From positions 1,184,001 through 1,248,000 of the forward strand of contig OY760686.1 of the NCBI GenBank assembly GCA_963663865.1: a DNA stretch of 64,000 nt, given 5' to 3'. Position 1 is the stretch's first letter. Each line of letters opens with the position of its first letter. This DNA comes from Spirochaetota bacterium. GTDB lineage: Bacteria; Spirochaetota; UBA4802; UBA5550. The notes beneath the pieces are model-generated. The model was not told where the DNA came from. It saw nothing but the letters and a program-made list of their open reading frames with translations, and made no database searches. The translations under genes and the position numbers were made by a program. This document shows positions 32,039 to 41,755 of the stretch, one piece after another.

Positions 32039-33433
32039 ATGTCATATCAGGTAATAGCCAGAAAATGGCGTCCCCAGAAGTTCGACGATGTAGTCTTTCA
32101 AGAACACGTATCAAAAACAATCCAGAACAGCATTAAGGCCGGAAGGATTTCTCACGCCTATATATTCAGCGGGCCCCGCGGTGTCGGCAAAACGACGATG
32201 GCGAGGATACTTGCCCGCGCGCTTAACTGCGTAAACGGCCCGACGCCTGAACCCTGCGGTGTCTGCGAGAACTGCGTTGAAATAAAAAACGGCACCTTTT
32301 TTGACGTAATGGAAATTGACGGGGCTTCGAATAACGGTGTCGAAGACATAAGAGAGCTTCGTGAAAATGTGAACTTCGCGCCCGTTAAGGGCCGTTACAA
32401 GGTGTATATCATTGATGAAGTTCACATGGTTACAACGCAGGCCTTTAACGCGCTGCTGAAAACCCTTGAAGAACCGCCCGAACACGCTGTCTTTGTCCTT
32501 GCAACTACCGAGCTTCATAAAATTCCCGACACCATTCTGTCACGCTGCCAGAAGTACTTTTTCAAGCAGATCCCGGTCGATAAAATCGCGGAGCACCTTA
32601 AGCATATCGCTGATAAAGAAGGCTATCCGGTTTCTGACAGCGCTATTTATCCGATAGCGAGGGCGGCGGGCGGTTCCATGCGCGACGCTCAATCGCTGCT
32701 CGATCAGGTGATATCGTACTCATCTGAGGCGGCTGACGGAGGACAGATCGGCGAGGCTGAGGCGTTGACAATACTGGGCATAGTTCCGGCGGAGAGCTAT
32801 GTGAGGCAGTTCAGAAACATTGCCTCGGGTGATTCCGCCGCGATAATCGGCGAGATCGCGCGTGTCGCCGGCATGGGCGCTGATATCAGCCGCTATGCCG
32901 GAGGCTTTATCGATGTTTTGCGGTCTCTCAGGCTGATGAAAAGCGGAATCGCTCTGAATGAGCTGCTGGGCCTTTCGAAAGAGGAAGCCCATGAGTTCAG
33001 GGAGGTCGCGGCTCTGTACCATGACGAGGAGCTTTCAAGGATGTTCAGGCTGTGCATGGAGCTTATATCGAGTCTCAAGTTTTCGACTGATGAGCGGATA
33101 AATCTTGAAATGTCCATGCTTGACATGGCGGCCGTAAAGAAGGCGCCTTCAGTGGCCTCAATAATCAGGGCGCTGGGGGCCGGGAATGCGCCTTCGGGCG
33201 GTACCGTTAAGAACGCTGTCCCAAAAAAATCTGCGGGTTCCGCTTCTGCGGATGAGGCGGTGATGACGCAGACGATATCATCCACCCCTGAAAAAAAAGC
33301 GGTAAATGTTAGCGCAGCAGTCAACAGTACGGAGCGGAAGGACAACCCGGCTGAACCGGGGAGTTCAGTGAGCCCGGCTGTTGAAAAAATAAAAAACGTA
33401 TTCCACGGACAGATTGTGGAAAGAGGAGAATAG
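32039..33433 (+). CDS. dnaX: DNA polymerase III gamma/tau
   Basis: MSYQVIARKWRPQ start (the ORF-track extension overlaps a tRNA), GPRGVGKTT, IIDEVHM, SRCQ. Confidence 0.97.
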   Translation: MSYQVIARKWRPQKFDDVVFQEHVSKTIQNSIKAGRISHAYIFSGPRGVGKTTMARILARALNCVNGPTPEPCGVCENCVEIKNGTFFDVMEIDGASNNGVEDIRELRENVNFAPVKGRYKVYIIDEVHMVTTQAFNALLKTLEEPPEHAVFVLATTELHKIPDTILSRCQKYFFKQIPVDKIAEHLKHIADKEGYPVSDSAIYPIARAAGGSMRDAQSLLDQVISYSSEAADGGQIGEAEALTILGIVPAESYVRQFRNIASGDSAAIIGEIARVAGMGADISRYAGGFIDVLRSLRLMKSGIALNELLGLSKEEAHEFREVAALYHDEELSRMFRLCMELISSLKFSTDERINLEMSMLDMAAVKKAPSVASIIRALGAGNAPSGGTVKNAVPKKSAGSASADEAVMTQTISSTPEKKAVNVSAAVNSTERKDNPAEPGSSVSPAVEKIKNVFHGQIVERGE

Positions 33434-33434
33434 A

Positions 33435-33743
33435 ATGCTTAAGGGACTTGGCGATATAGGAAATCTGATGAAGCTACAGAAACAGATGAAGGATATTCAG
33501 AAAAAACTCAAGAAGGCGGAGGTTGAGGGTGAATGCGCCGACCAGAGCGTGAAGGCCGTTGTAAATGGAGAGTTTGAGCTTCAGTCTTTGAAGATAAGTG
33601 AAGAGCTTGCCGCGTCGGCAAACCGCAGCAGAATCGAAAAGATGGTTGTTCTTGCGGTGAATGATGCTGTTGAAAAGATGAAGAAAAAGTCCGCTGAGGA
33701 GATGGCTAAAATCTCAGGCGGTCTCAACCTGCCCGGCATGTAA
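33435..33743 (+). CDS. ybaB: YbaB/EbfC nucleoid-associated protein
   Basis: Lies between dnaX and recR; AVNDA motif. Confidence 0.9.
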   Translation: MLKGLGDIGNLMKLQKQMKDIQKKLKKAEVEGECADQSVKAVVNGEFELQSLKISEELAASANRSRIEKMVVLAVNDAVEKMKKKSAEEMAKISGGLNLPGM

Positions 33744-33744
33744 G

Positions 33745-34350
33745 ATGGAAGGCCCTTCCAAATACCTTGAGAACCTTATCAGGGAGTTTTCCAAACTGCC
33801 GGGCATTGGAACCAGGAGCGCTTCACGCCTGGCCTTTCATATTCTCAAGTCAGGGAGCAGCGAAGCGGAGTCGCTGGCGCGCGCTGTGCTCGAACTTAAA
33901 GAGAATATTGTAACGTGCTCCATCTGCGGCGGAATATCAGATTCGGATGTCTGCCCGATATGCGCTGACTCCGGGCGTGACCGTTCCTCGGTCTGCGTCG
34001 TGGAGAACGCGAGAGACGTTCTGATTCTGGAAGCGACGGGAAGCTTCAAAGGTATCTATCACGTGCTTATGGGCACAATTTCGCCTCTTGACGGCATCGG
34101 GCCTGATGATATCAATATCAGGGGGCTTGTTGAAAGGTGTTCGGCAGGCGGTGTTGCCGAGGTGATTCTCGCGCTTAACCCCACGATTGAGGGAGACGCG
34201 ACCTGTCTGTATATTGCCCGCGCTTTAAAACCTTCGGGCGTAAGGCTTACGCGCATCGCGCACGGCCTTCCGGTGGGCGCGGATCTTGACTATGTGGATT
34301 CTGCTACAATAATTAAATCAATTGAGGGCAGGGTGGAGGTTCACTCCTGA
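33745..34350 (+). CDS. recR: Recombination protein RecR
   Basis: LPGIG..SA.RLAF, Cys4 zinc finger, YHVL.G.ISPLDG, Toprim. Confidence 0.97.
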   Translation: MEGPSKYLENLIREFSKLPGIGTRSASRLAFHILKSGSSEAESLARAVLELKENIVTCSICGGISDSDVCPICADSGRDRSSVCVVENARDVLILEATGSFKGIYHVLMGTISPLDGIGPDDINIRGLVERCSAGGVAEVILALNPTIEGDATCLYIARALKPSGVRLTRIAHGLPVGADLDYVDSATIIKSIEGRVEVHS

Positions 34351-35672
34351 CCGCCCATTCTTCTTTTCTTGCCGGAAATCTGTATTGAAACGGGAAGGCC
34401 GTGAAGCGAGAACTCCTTTTGCAGCGACTTTTCAAAAAAACGCACGACGTCTCTCTTAAACAGCAGCGGATTGTTTACGAAGAACTTGAACTCAGGTGGA
34501 GACGTGCTTATCTGGGCGGCATAGTATATCTTGAGCGTGCCTCCGAGCTGCCTGACACGGCCCGAATTCAGCAGTTTCGCGATTGTCCTGTTGAGCAGCG
34601 GGGTTTCAACCCGCTTTGAGGCCCTTTCTTTCAGGTCCAGAGCGAGCTCAAGCAGCTTTGCTGTTCTCTGTCTGTCACGAGCAGATATTGACAGAATCGG
34701 AAAGTCGTCCGCACGGTAGAGCTTGAAGACGAGTTTGTCCTTATAGCTGTTGAACGTCTTATCGTCCTTTTCCACTGTGTCCCATTTGTTTATGGCGATT
34801 ACAGCGGGTTTGCCTGCCTTTACAATCTCATCGAATATCTTCTTGTCCGCCTCTGTAAGTCCCTGCGAGGCGTCTATAAGAAACAGAACAACATCGCTTT
34901 TTGAAATTGAATCAAGGCTTCTTCTGAAGGAGTAGAATTCTACGCTTTCAGCGGACTTGCTTTTCTTTCTGATCCCAGCTGTATCCACCGCCCTGAAAAG
35001 CTTGCCGTTATATCTGAAGTAGTCGTCAACTGAATCACGTGTTGTTCCGGGGATGTCTGAGACAATCGCGCGCTCGTAGCCTAAAAACGCGTTCATGAGT
35101 GTTGACTTGCCCGCGTTTGGCCTCCCCGCAATGGCTATGGTTACATCCGGTTCTGATACCGCTTTTCCGCCGGAGGGAAGAAGGTCGGTTATTCGTCTGA
35201 GCAGCATGTCGATGTTGGAGCGCCTGAGAGCGGACACCGGCACGATGTCTACAACGCCGGTTTCGTAAAAGTTTGACATCTCCTGCATTCGTTCAGCGCT
35301 GTCCATCTTGTTTACAGCGATTATCGACGGCTTGTTGAGTTTTCTTATTATGCGGAGTATCTCCATGTCGAAAGGGGCCGGCGAAGGATATTCCATCAGG
35401 AAGACGATGATTGACGCCTTCTCAAGATGCGCCCTGGCATTATCAAGGATGGGGCCTGAAAGCTCTGAGGATGACTCCAGGTCGAGGCCGGGTGTGTCCG
35501 TAATAGTAAAGTGTTTGTCGTGAAAGTTTACTGTATATGAAAGGATATCTCGTGTAAGTCCCGGATGGGAGTCCACAATGGCCTTCTTTTCACGTATTAT
35601 GCTGTTAAAAAGGGTCGATTTGCCGACATTCTGGCGTCCGACAATAGCGATTACTGGTAGTTTTGTGTTCAT
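34341..35672 (-). CDS. der: Ribosome biogenesis GTPase Der
   Basis: Two G domains: GRQNVGKST and GRPNAGKST. Confidence 0.96.
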   Translation of the reverse strand: MNTKLPVIAIVGRQNVGKSTLFNSIIREKKAIVDSHPGLTRDILSYTVNFHDKHFTITDTPGLDLESSSELSGPILDNARAHLEKASIIVFLMEYPSPAPFDMEILRIIRKLNKPSIIAVNKMDSAERMQEMSNFYETGVVDIVPVSALRRSNIDMLLRRITDLLPSGGKAVSEPDVTIAIAGRPNAGKSTLMNAFLGYERAIVSDIPGTTRDSVDDYFRYNGKLFRAVDTAGIRKKSKSAESVEFYSFRRSLDSISKSDVVLFLIDASQGLTEADKKIFDEIVKAGKPAVIAINKWDTVEKDDKTFNSYKDKLVFKLYRADDFPILSISARDRQRTAKLLELALDLKERASKRVETPLLNRTIAKLLNSGRVRQLGGTLKIYYAAQISTSPPEFKFFVNNPLLFKRDVVRFFEKSLQKEFSLHGLPVSIQISGKKRRMGGQE

Positions 35673-35937
35673 GGTTTATACTTTTCCGGTCGATTAAGGT
35701 AATGTGATCGGGCTTGTTCCGATGCAGAAAGATAAGCTGTCAGCTATATGACTCGATGATCGTTGTTTTATAACGATTATTCTTGTTAATAGGATAAGTC
35801 GATGTTATGCAGTAAAGCGTCAAGACTTTTATTCAGCCTTGTCTTTCGGTAACAAGTATTTTTTGCTTGCATATTTATCAGTTGTGAGTATAGTTACAAA
35901 TTAATATTTTTATAAAACCAATCGAGGTGTTAGGCAC

Positions 35938-36180
35938 ATGGCAGAACAATCTTTAAAGCAGTTGCAGGTTTCAAAAAAGCGAAAAGATGAAAAGCTTGCC
36001 AAGCTTAAGAAAGAAGTGAAAGCCTTGGAAACAGAGCTTGCTAAAATCAATAAGCTTGTCGAAGCAGCGAAAAAGAAAGAGCAGGCTGAGAAGGCTAAGC
36101 AGGCTAAAGTGAAGGCAAAGGCTAAGCCTAAAGCAAAGGCAAAAGCAAAGACAAAAGCCAAAGCTAAACCCAAGGCTTAA
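35938..36180 (+). CDS. Small Lys/Ala-rich basic protein (histone-H1-like tail)
   Basis: Coiled-coil N-terminus and KAKAKPKA repeats; has its own candidate promoter and terminator. Confidence 0.7.
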   Translation: MAEQSLKQLQVSKKRKDEKLAKLKKEVKALETELAKINKLVEAAKKKEQAEKAKQAKVKAKAKPKAKAKAKTKAKAKPKA

Positions 36181-36215
36181 TGTTTTTCGGATTCGGAAGA
36201 TGATGCCAGTTTTGC

Positions 36216-36248
36216 ATAAAAAAGAGGGATATCATTCCCTCTTTTTTA
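36216..36248. terminator. Bidirectional intrinsic terminator
   Basis: AAAAAAGAGGGA-tatcat-TCCCTCTTTTTT. Confidence 0.85.
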
Positions 36249-36305
36249 TTCTTCCTTCGTGTAATTAAAACTTATTTTTCCTTATAGATTTTCAGGAGTA
36301 CTACA

Positions 36306-37475
36306 TTGTTAAGTCCAAACCAGAGAAAACAGCGCGTTTTCAACGATCTTGAGTCGGTTGAGGATATAGTTTCGGAGTTGAGGGGCAAATTCTCGGATAA
36401 AAAACTATACCTGCGGTATTCTATCGAGAAGACTGAACTTGTAATCAATGAATTCTTCGATGATAACACACTTATGGTAGTAACTGACCCGTCAGTACAG
36501 ACGGAGAAGGGAATCAGTATGTACGGCCTTGCGGACAAGTATATTGAAGTTGATCTTGAGGTGATTGAGGAAAGAGGCCCCGGCTATTTCCACTGCCGAG
36601 TTGTGGGAGGAAGAAGGGCGCTTCACGGCAGAAAGGATCTGAGGTTTAAAGTCAGCATGGATCAGGTTATCGCCACAAATTTTAGAATTTCGAAACACAC
36701 AATTGATGTGGGCGCCTACAATATCCCGACGAGCATTAAGGTTGTGCTTGATCAGTTTCTGGCTAACAACAGCTCATTGGCTGATATTGTCAAGGTGGAT
36801 GTGTTCAAACCTGATGACAGAGACGCTGTGCTCAAGCAGATTCGTAAAACAGGTCAGGCAGTGCTTGTTTCGGACATGTCAAATCCTGAATCATATAAGG
36901 CGGAAAACGATAATATGCTTGATCTGTATTCAATGTACAGGCAGGAGCTCGGGAGATATATCAAGCAGGCCGTTGAAAGGGGATACCGGTCACTGGCTGT
37001 TGTGCCCATTATCTACATCAATGAAAAGCAGGAAAGCATACCATTCGCGTATATACAGCTTGTTTCCAAGACGAAGGAAATGGATATCGAAACGGTCCTT
37101 GAGCTCAAGGAGTTGTCCTTTTCGCTCGTTGACAGGATTAGGGACGCTAACACTCTGCTCATTCCGGTTCATCAGGAGGTTGTTGATCTGAGCAGAGGAG
37201 GCGCCAAGCTCAGAGTGACAAACGATACTTTGAAGAAGTCCATGCAGAAGGCAAGGGGTTTCATCTTTGACCTTGTCTTTAAGCTCCAGGCGCCGATAAC
37301 AATCTACGGTGAGATAAAGGCTGTCATGAATGAGGATGGCGGCAGGCTCGTTGTTTCTGTCGATTTCGAAGGCAATTCATCGCGGAAGGATGAGTTGAAG
37401 CGTTTTTACGGGATTCTACAGCCCATGGAACTGGATTACAAATCCAGACTTATCAAACAGCTTAAGAGCAGGTAA
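36306..37475 (+). CDS. DUF1577-like protein with PilZ-like motifs
   Basis: RKDLR and DLSRGG (RxxxR / DxSxGG); resembles the Leptospira DUF1577 family from memory. Confidence 0.6.
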   Translation: MLSPNQRKQRVFNDLESVEDIVSELRGKFSDKKLYLRYSIEKTELVINEFFDDNTLMVVTDPSVQTEKGISMYGLADKYIEVDLEVIEERGPGYFHCRVVGGRRALHGRKDLRFKVSMDQVIATNFRISKHTIDVGAYNIPTSIKVVLDQFLANNSSLADIVKVDVFKPDDRDAVLKQIRKTGQAVLVSDMSNPESYKAENDNMLDLYSMYRQELGRYIKQAVERGYRSLAVVPIIYINEKQESIPFAYIQLVSKTKEMDIETVLELKELSFSLVDRIRDANTLLIPVHQEVVDLSRGGAKLRVTNDTLKKSMQKARGFIFDLVFKLQAPITIYGEIKAVMNEDGGRLVVSVDFEGNSSRKDELKRFYGILQPMELDYKSRLIKQLKSR

Positions 37476-37493
37476 CCCGATGGGCTGGCGTAT

Positions 37494-38201
37494 TCATCTG
37501 GCGGCCCCTGTCTCTTTTTGCCTTTTCGCGACTTCAGCGTCTGAGAGCCTCGCGTAAAATGGAACTGCCTCTCTGTAATCGCCTCCGCCCGGGGCGATAA
37601 GTTCCGCCTTTTCTCTGACGAACGCGGCGGTTTTTTCGGCGCTGAGTGTTGTTTCGTTTTCTATATCGCAATTGTCAAAGTATGAAGTTATTTTTTCAGC
37701 ATAGAGTGCGCATCCGTTGCCCGCGCACAGCGTCTTTGCGGATGGGTCGCATTTTTTCAGTAATTCTTCGGGTGGATAGTCTCCCGCCGGGACAAGGCTT
37801 TCGGCCCGGACTCCGCAGACACTGTGGGCGGCGCCGAAAACACGTTTCTTCTTCGCGTCTAATGCCGTGATTATCTGGGCATATCCACGATCGGCTGCAG
37901 AAGCGGCGTAAAGGTCGTGCGATATAAATCCAATCAGCGGAATCGAGAGTATCTGCGCGAGCGTCCTTGCGGTAGTAAGTCCAATTCTTACGCCGGTAAA
38001 TGAACCCGGGCCTCTACCCGCTGCTATTAAGTTGATTTCGTCCATGGAGAGTCCGCTTTCGCTCAAAAGGCTTTCAAGGTTTTCAAATATTGCGTTTGAG
38101 TGGGACAGTCCCTTTATTGTGCTCTGGATTGGGGTTTTATCCGTCGAGCATATGCACAGATAATCGTTGTCAGTCGAGGTGTCTATTGTCAGGATATTCA
38201 A
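37494..38201 (-). CDS. tsaB: tRNA threonylcarbamoyladenosine biosynthesis protein TsaB
   Basis: ILTIDTS, GPGSFTGVRIG, LDAKK; TTG start after AAGGAG. Confidence 0.93.
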   Translation of the reverse strand: MNILTIDTSTDNDYLCICSTDKTPIQSTIKGLSHSNAIFENLESLLSESGLSMDEINLIAAGRGPGSFTGVRIGLTTARTLAQILSIPLIGFISHDLYAASAADRGYAQIITALDAKKKRVFGAAHSVCGVRAESLVPAGDYPPEELLKKCDPSAKTLCAGNGCALYAEKITSYFDNCDIENETTLSAEKTAAFVREKAELIAPGGGDYREAVPFYARLSDAEVAKRQKETGAAR

Positions 38202-38619
38202 TAGTGATTCTCCTTGATTCTTCATCAATGTATTCAATATAAATATTAATTCTGCTGTCAGGAAGAATGGCCGCCGCCCGTTCAGCCCATTCGACTACGG
38301 AAACACCGTTGCCCTCCCAGTAATCTTCGAAGTCAAGGTTGTCAAATTCACGGATGGTTTCAATTCTGTACAGGTCAAAGTGATAAAAGTTGAGTTTTCC
38401 GCTGTATTCTTCCAAAAGATTGAATGTAGGGCTGGTAATGTCTTCGTCTATGCCCAGTCCGGACGCAAAACCGCGCGCGAAGACCGTTTTGCCGGCACCG
38501 AGGTCGCCTGACAGCGCGAAGACGTCTCCGGGCAGGGCTTTTTCTGCAAGCCTGGCTGCGAGATTGAATGTATCGCCGGGAGACTTGCTCATGAATTCAT
38601 TTCTTTTTCGGACGCTCAT
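38170..38619 (-). CDS. tsaE: t6A biosynthesis ATPase TsaE
   Basis: GDLGAGKT, SPTF, HFDLYR, VEW. Confidence 0.96.
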   Translation of the reverse strand: MSVRKRNEFMSKSPGDTFNLAARLAEKALPGDVFALSGDLGAGKTVFARGFASGLGIDEDITSPTFNLLEEYSGKLNFYHFDLYRIETIREFDNLDFEDYWEGNGVSVVEWAERAAAILPDSRINIYIEYIDEESRRITIEYPDNRHLD

Positions 38620-38738
38620 GAAAACACCTTTTCAAGTCACTCCCTGATTTGTAAAATAAATAATTTGAGTTTGTTAAAATTCTTTACAGCAGGCCGCGAT
38701 GCTTTTACAGGAAAGCGGTACGGTGAGGTGCTGTTTTT

Positions 38739-39653
38739 TTGATGATAGATAAAGATGAACTGTATAATAATCTTAACAGCGGCGTGATTGACGAAAGGCT
38801 GGCTATTTTCAGAATTAACCTGAGAAAAAATCTTCCGCTTATTTCTGAATTTGGCGGTCTTCGCCCCGTATCGGCTGCCATAAAAAACAGGCATGCTGTT
38901 ATTGCTGGAGCGGGGCCTTCTCTCGTGCACAATCTCGAAGCGATAAGGGAAATCTCGGAAAGGGGCCTTGCCGTTGTTATATGTGCTGATATGGCAGCTT
39001 CCGTTCTGCTTAAATCGGGGATTGTTCCTGATTATGTGATATCCTGTGAGACAAGGCCTTATGATTTTTTCAGCGGGCTTGATACGCGAAAAATCAATCT
39101 ATTAGCGTTCAGCTGCATATCTCATTCCAATCTGAGAAAGTGGAGAGGACCGTTGAGTTTTTACAACTGGCTTATTGAAGGCGAACATTACAGCAGGCTG
39201 TGGGATGAGGCAGGGGCTGATCTGGGATTTCTTGCCACGGGCAGTATAGTTACGACGCAGGCTGTATCCCTTGCCGCAGGGTCGGGAGTAAGGTCGATTC
39301 TGTTAGCGGGGAACGATCTTGCGTTTAAGTGGGAGTTCTACGCGGCAGGCGCTGCTGCGTCAGGGAAGATGCTCCTTGACTCGTCAAGGCTCAGTCCCTC
39401 TGAAACGGAACACGCGGAACTGGGGAAAAGGAATATTCACTATAAGATTGTGAGAGAGGGCAGGACATACTTTGCCAATCATCAGTTCCTGGCCGCAAAG
39501 GTCTGGCTGGAGGACCTTTTCAGGAACGGTTCTTTGCCGGTTTTCGACTGCAGTGTTCCCGGCTGTTCGCCTTCGGCTGTGAGGCATATGAGCTCACGGG
39601 AATACGCGGAAAATATAATAAAGGCGGAGGTATCAAATGATAAAACTTCATAA
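38739..39653 (+). CDS. DUF115 / MptE-like motility-associated factor (Maf-type)
   Basis: AGAGPSL, ICAD, PDYV, GSIV, L.GNDLAF; directly upstream of flbD. Confidence 0.75.
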   Translation: MMIDKDELYNNLNSGVIDERLAIFRINLRKNLPLISEFGGLRPVSAAIKNRHAVIAGAGPSLVHNLEAIREISERGLAVVICADMAASVLLKSGIVPDYVISCETRPYDFFSGLDTRKINLLAFSCISHSNLRKWRGPLSFYNWLIEGEHYSRLWDEAGADLGFLATGSIVTTQAVSLAAGSGVRSILLAGNDLAFKWEFYAAGAAASGKMLLDSSRLSPSETEHAELGKRNIHYKIVREGRTYFANHQFLAAKVWLEDLFRNGSLPVFDCSVPGCSPSAVRHMSSREYAENIIKAEVSNDKTS

Positions 39654-39864
39654 AATGAATGGAGATGAATTTCTGCTCAACCCATGGCATATAGAGACTG
39701 TTGAGGAAAGGCCTGATACGGTTATTACGCTGACCAATGACAGAAAATATCTGGTAAAAGAGAAGGCTGAAGAGATTGTCCGGCTTGTGGAAGCCCACTT
39801 TAAAACAATTCGTCTCGGGATCAAGGTGGAAAAGAGCGAATCGGAAGATGGTGTTAATGGATAA
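39637..39864 (+). CDS. flbD: Flagellar protein FlbD
   Basis: MIKL..NG..F.LN...IETVEE.PDTVITL.N. Confidence 0.95.
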   Translation: MIKLHKMNGDEFLLNPWHIETVEERPDTVITLTNDRKYLVKEKAEEIVRLVEAHFKTIRLGIKVEKSESEDGVNG

Positions 39865-40007
39865 AAGGCAGTTTTTTGTTCAGAACACCCGGTTTTTATG
39901 CCGAAAAGAGAGTAAAGGCGTTGATTATAGCGGTCTTTAGAACAGCGGTACTTCTAAAACGCTGACACGGTGCTTTTATAACATTTTTCTTTAAATGAAT
40001 AAATTAA

Positions 40008-40037
40008 TTGACAGTAGCAATTAATTTTTGATATTAT
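40008..40037 (+). promoter_or_regulatory. Sigma70-like promoter for the fliL operon
   Basis: TTGACA-N18-TATTAT. Confidence 0.55.
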
Positions 40038-40125
40038 GTCACATAATTATGTGTAAAATTAGCCGAGCTGTTTTCGGGTTTTCCGGCAGCCGGTAGAAGT
40101 CGGAGCATAACTGGAAGGTGCCCCA

Positions 40126-40659
40126 ATGGGTGATGAAGAAAGAGATGATATAATGGATGATGAGGACAGCTCGCCCCAGAGTGAAAGCGGCGGTGGCGGC
40201 GGAGGTTCTTCCAAAATAGTAAAGATTCTTCTCTATGTTGCGGGAGGCGTTCTTTTTATAGTCCTGATTACGGGTATTTCCTATCTTGTCAGCAAGAATG
40301 TTCAGGAAAGCAGCTATGAGAGAAGGCAGGATATAGTATCTGCTCCGCCGCCTCCGCCGCTGCAGACTTATGAACTGCCTGGCTTTTCCAAAACGACGGC
40401 TGATCCGGAGCCGCACTTTGTAAAGATGACAATTTCTCTCGGCTATGAGATGAGTATTGAGCTTAACAACGAACTTGTACGCAGGAGAGATGAGATTCAG
40501 CATATAGTAAATATTATACTTCAGGGAAAAACGCTGGAAGAGCTGAACTCCACAAGCGGGGCGCTTGATCTCGCCGAGGAGATTAAGGCTCATGTAAATG
40601 TCAGGCTGATTTCCGGAAAAATTAAGGAAGTATATTTCAAGGAACTGATAGTAAACTAA
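40126..40659 (+). CDS. fliL: Flagellar basal body protein FliL
   Basis: Single N-terminal TM; C-terminal GKIKEVYF; context. Confidence 0.88.
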   Translation: MGDEERDDIMDDEDSSPQSESGGGGGGSSKIVKILLYVAGGVLFIVLITGISYLVSKNVQESSYERRQDIVSAPPPPPLQTYELPGFSKTTADPEPHFVKMTISLGYEMSIELNNELVRRRDEIQHIVNIILQGKTLEELNSTSGALDLAEEIKAHVNVRLISGKIKEVYFKELIVN

Positions 40660-40700
40660 GACGGAGCAGGTTTTCGTTAACATTTTACCCGGAGGATGTC

Positions 40701-41747
40701 ATGGGTGACGGCTCATTATCTCAAGATGAAATTGATGCTCTTTTACAGGGGGCTGACGACATAGGTTCAATGGGTGCCGCTCAGGGCCCGGCCGATACAG
40801 GTTCGGCCTCGGGTTCGCTTTCCATGAGCGATCAGGCGGTTCTGCGTGATGCTCTTAATGGAATAGCCGGGGCGGTCGCTCCTTCTCTCTCCGGATATCT
40901 CGGCGGGAAGAACCTGATAATATCAAATCCCGTGATTGATGTAAGGCAGAGGGATGCCCTTGTCAGGGACTTTTCAGGCCGTTTTGTTCAGATATCAATG
41001 GACTATTCCGGCAGAGCGAACGGGAAGAACCTGGTTGTGTTCAAATTTCCTGACGCCGGCGTAATTTCCTCGCTTATGATGGGTGATGAGTCAGGCATGT
41101 CTCCTGAAACCCTTACTGAGGCGCATCAGAGTACCATTCAGGAGTTTACTAATCAGTTTTTATCGACCGTTGCAACCCAGTTCGGCACAAGACTCGGCGG
41201 CGGAATCAGCACCACTCCCGCGGCTGTTTCAATAGTTGAAGATCCCTCAGAGCTGCAGATACCTTACGGCGAAGCAGTGAGGGTTACATACGATTTCGCG
41301 ATACAGGGTATTCTTACTTCCAAGCTTTATCATTTTATGGATGCCGGCCTCGCGTCGACTCTGGTCCGTTCTGGCGCCTCACAACAGCAGGCACAGCAGC
41401 AGTTTGCTCCACAGCAGGGGCAGCAGGTAGGAATAAGCCCGGTTAAATTTCCTCCGCTCGATGAGAGGGGAATTCAGTCGTCGGTGGGAGACATCTCTAT
41501 TCTGCTTGATGTTCCTATGACGCTTACTGTAGAGCTTGGCCGAACGTCAAAGCTTGTGCAGGAAATATTAGGGCTTGGAGAGGGATCCATTATTGAGCTC
41601 GATAAGCTCGCAGGTGAGCCCGTTGATCTTCTTGTTAACGGAAAGCTTATAGCGAAGGGCGAGGTTGTTGTAATCGACGAGAATTTCGGTGTCAGGGTAA
41701 CCGATATTGTCAGTCCCGATCAGAGGCTCACAAGTCTGAACGGCTGA
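40701..41747 (+). CDS. fliY: Flagellar switch protein FliY (CheC-like + FliN)
   Basis: LSQDEIDALL; C-terminal LLDVP..VELG..GEVVVIDENFGVR. Confidence 0.9.
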   Translation: MGDGSLSQDEIDALLQGADDIGSMGAAQGPADTGSASGSLSMSDQAVLRDALNGIAGAVAPSLSGYLGGKNLIISNPVIDVRQRDALVRDFSGRFVQISMDYSGRANGKNLVVFKFPDAGVISSLMMGDESGMSPETLTEAHQSTIQEFTNQFLSTVATQFGTRLGGGISTTPAAVSIVEDPSELQIPYGEAVRVTYDFAIQGILTSKLYHFMDAGLASTLVRSGASQQQAQQQFAPQQGQQVGISPVKFPPLDERGIQSSVGDISILLDVPMTLTVELGRTSKLVQEILGLGEGSIIELDKLAGEPVDLLVNGKLIAKGEVVVIDENFGVRVTDIVSPDQRLTSLNG

Positions 41748-41755
41748 TTGGACAA

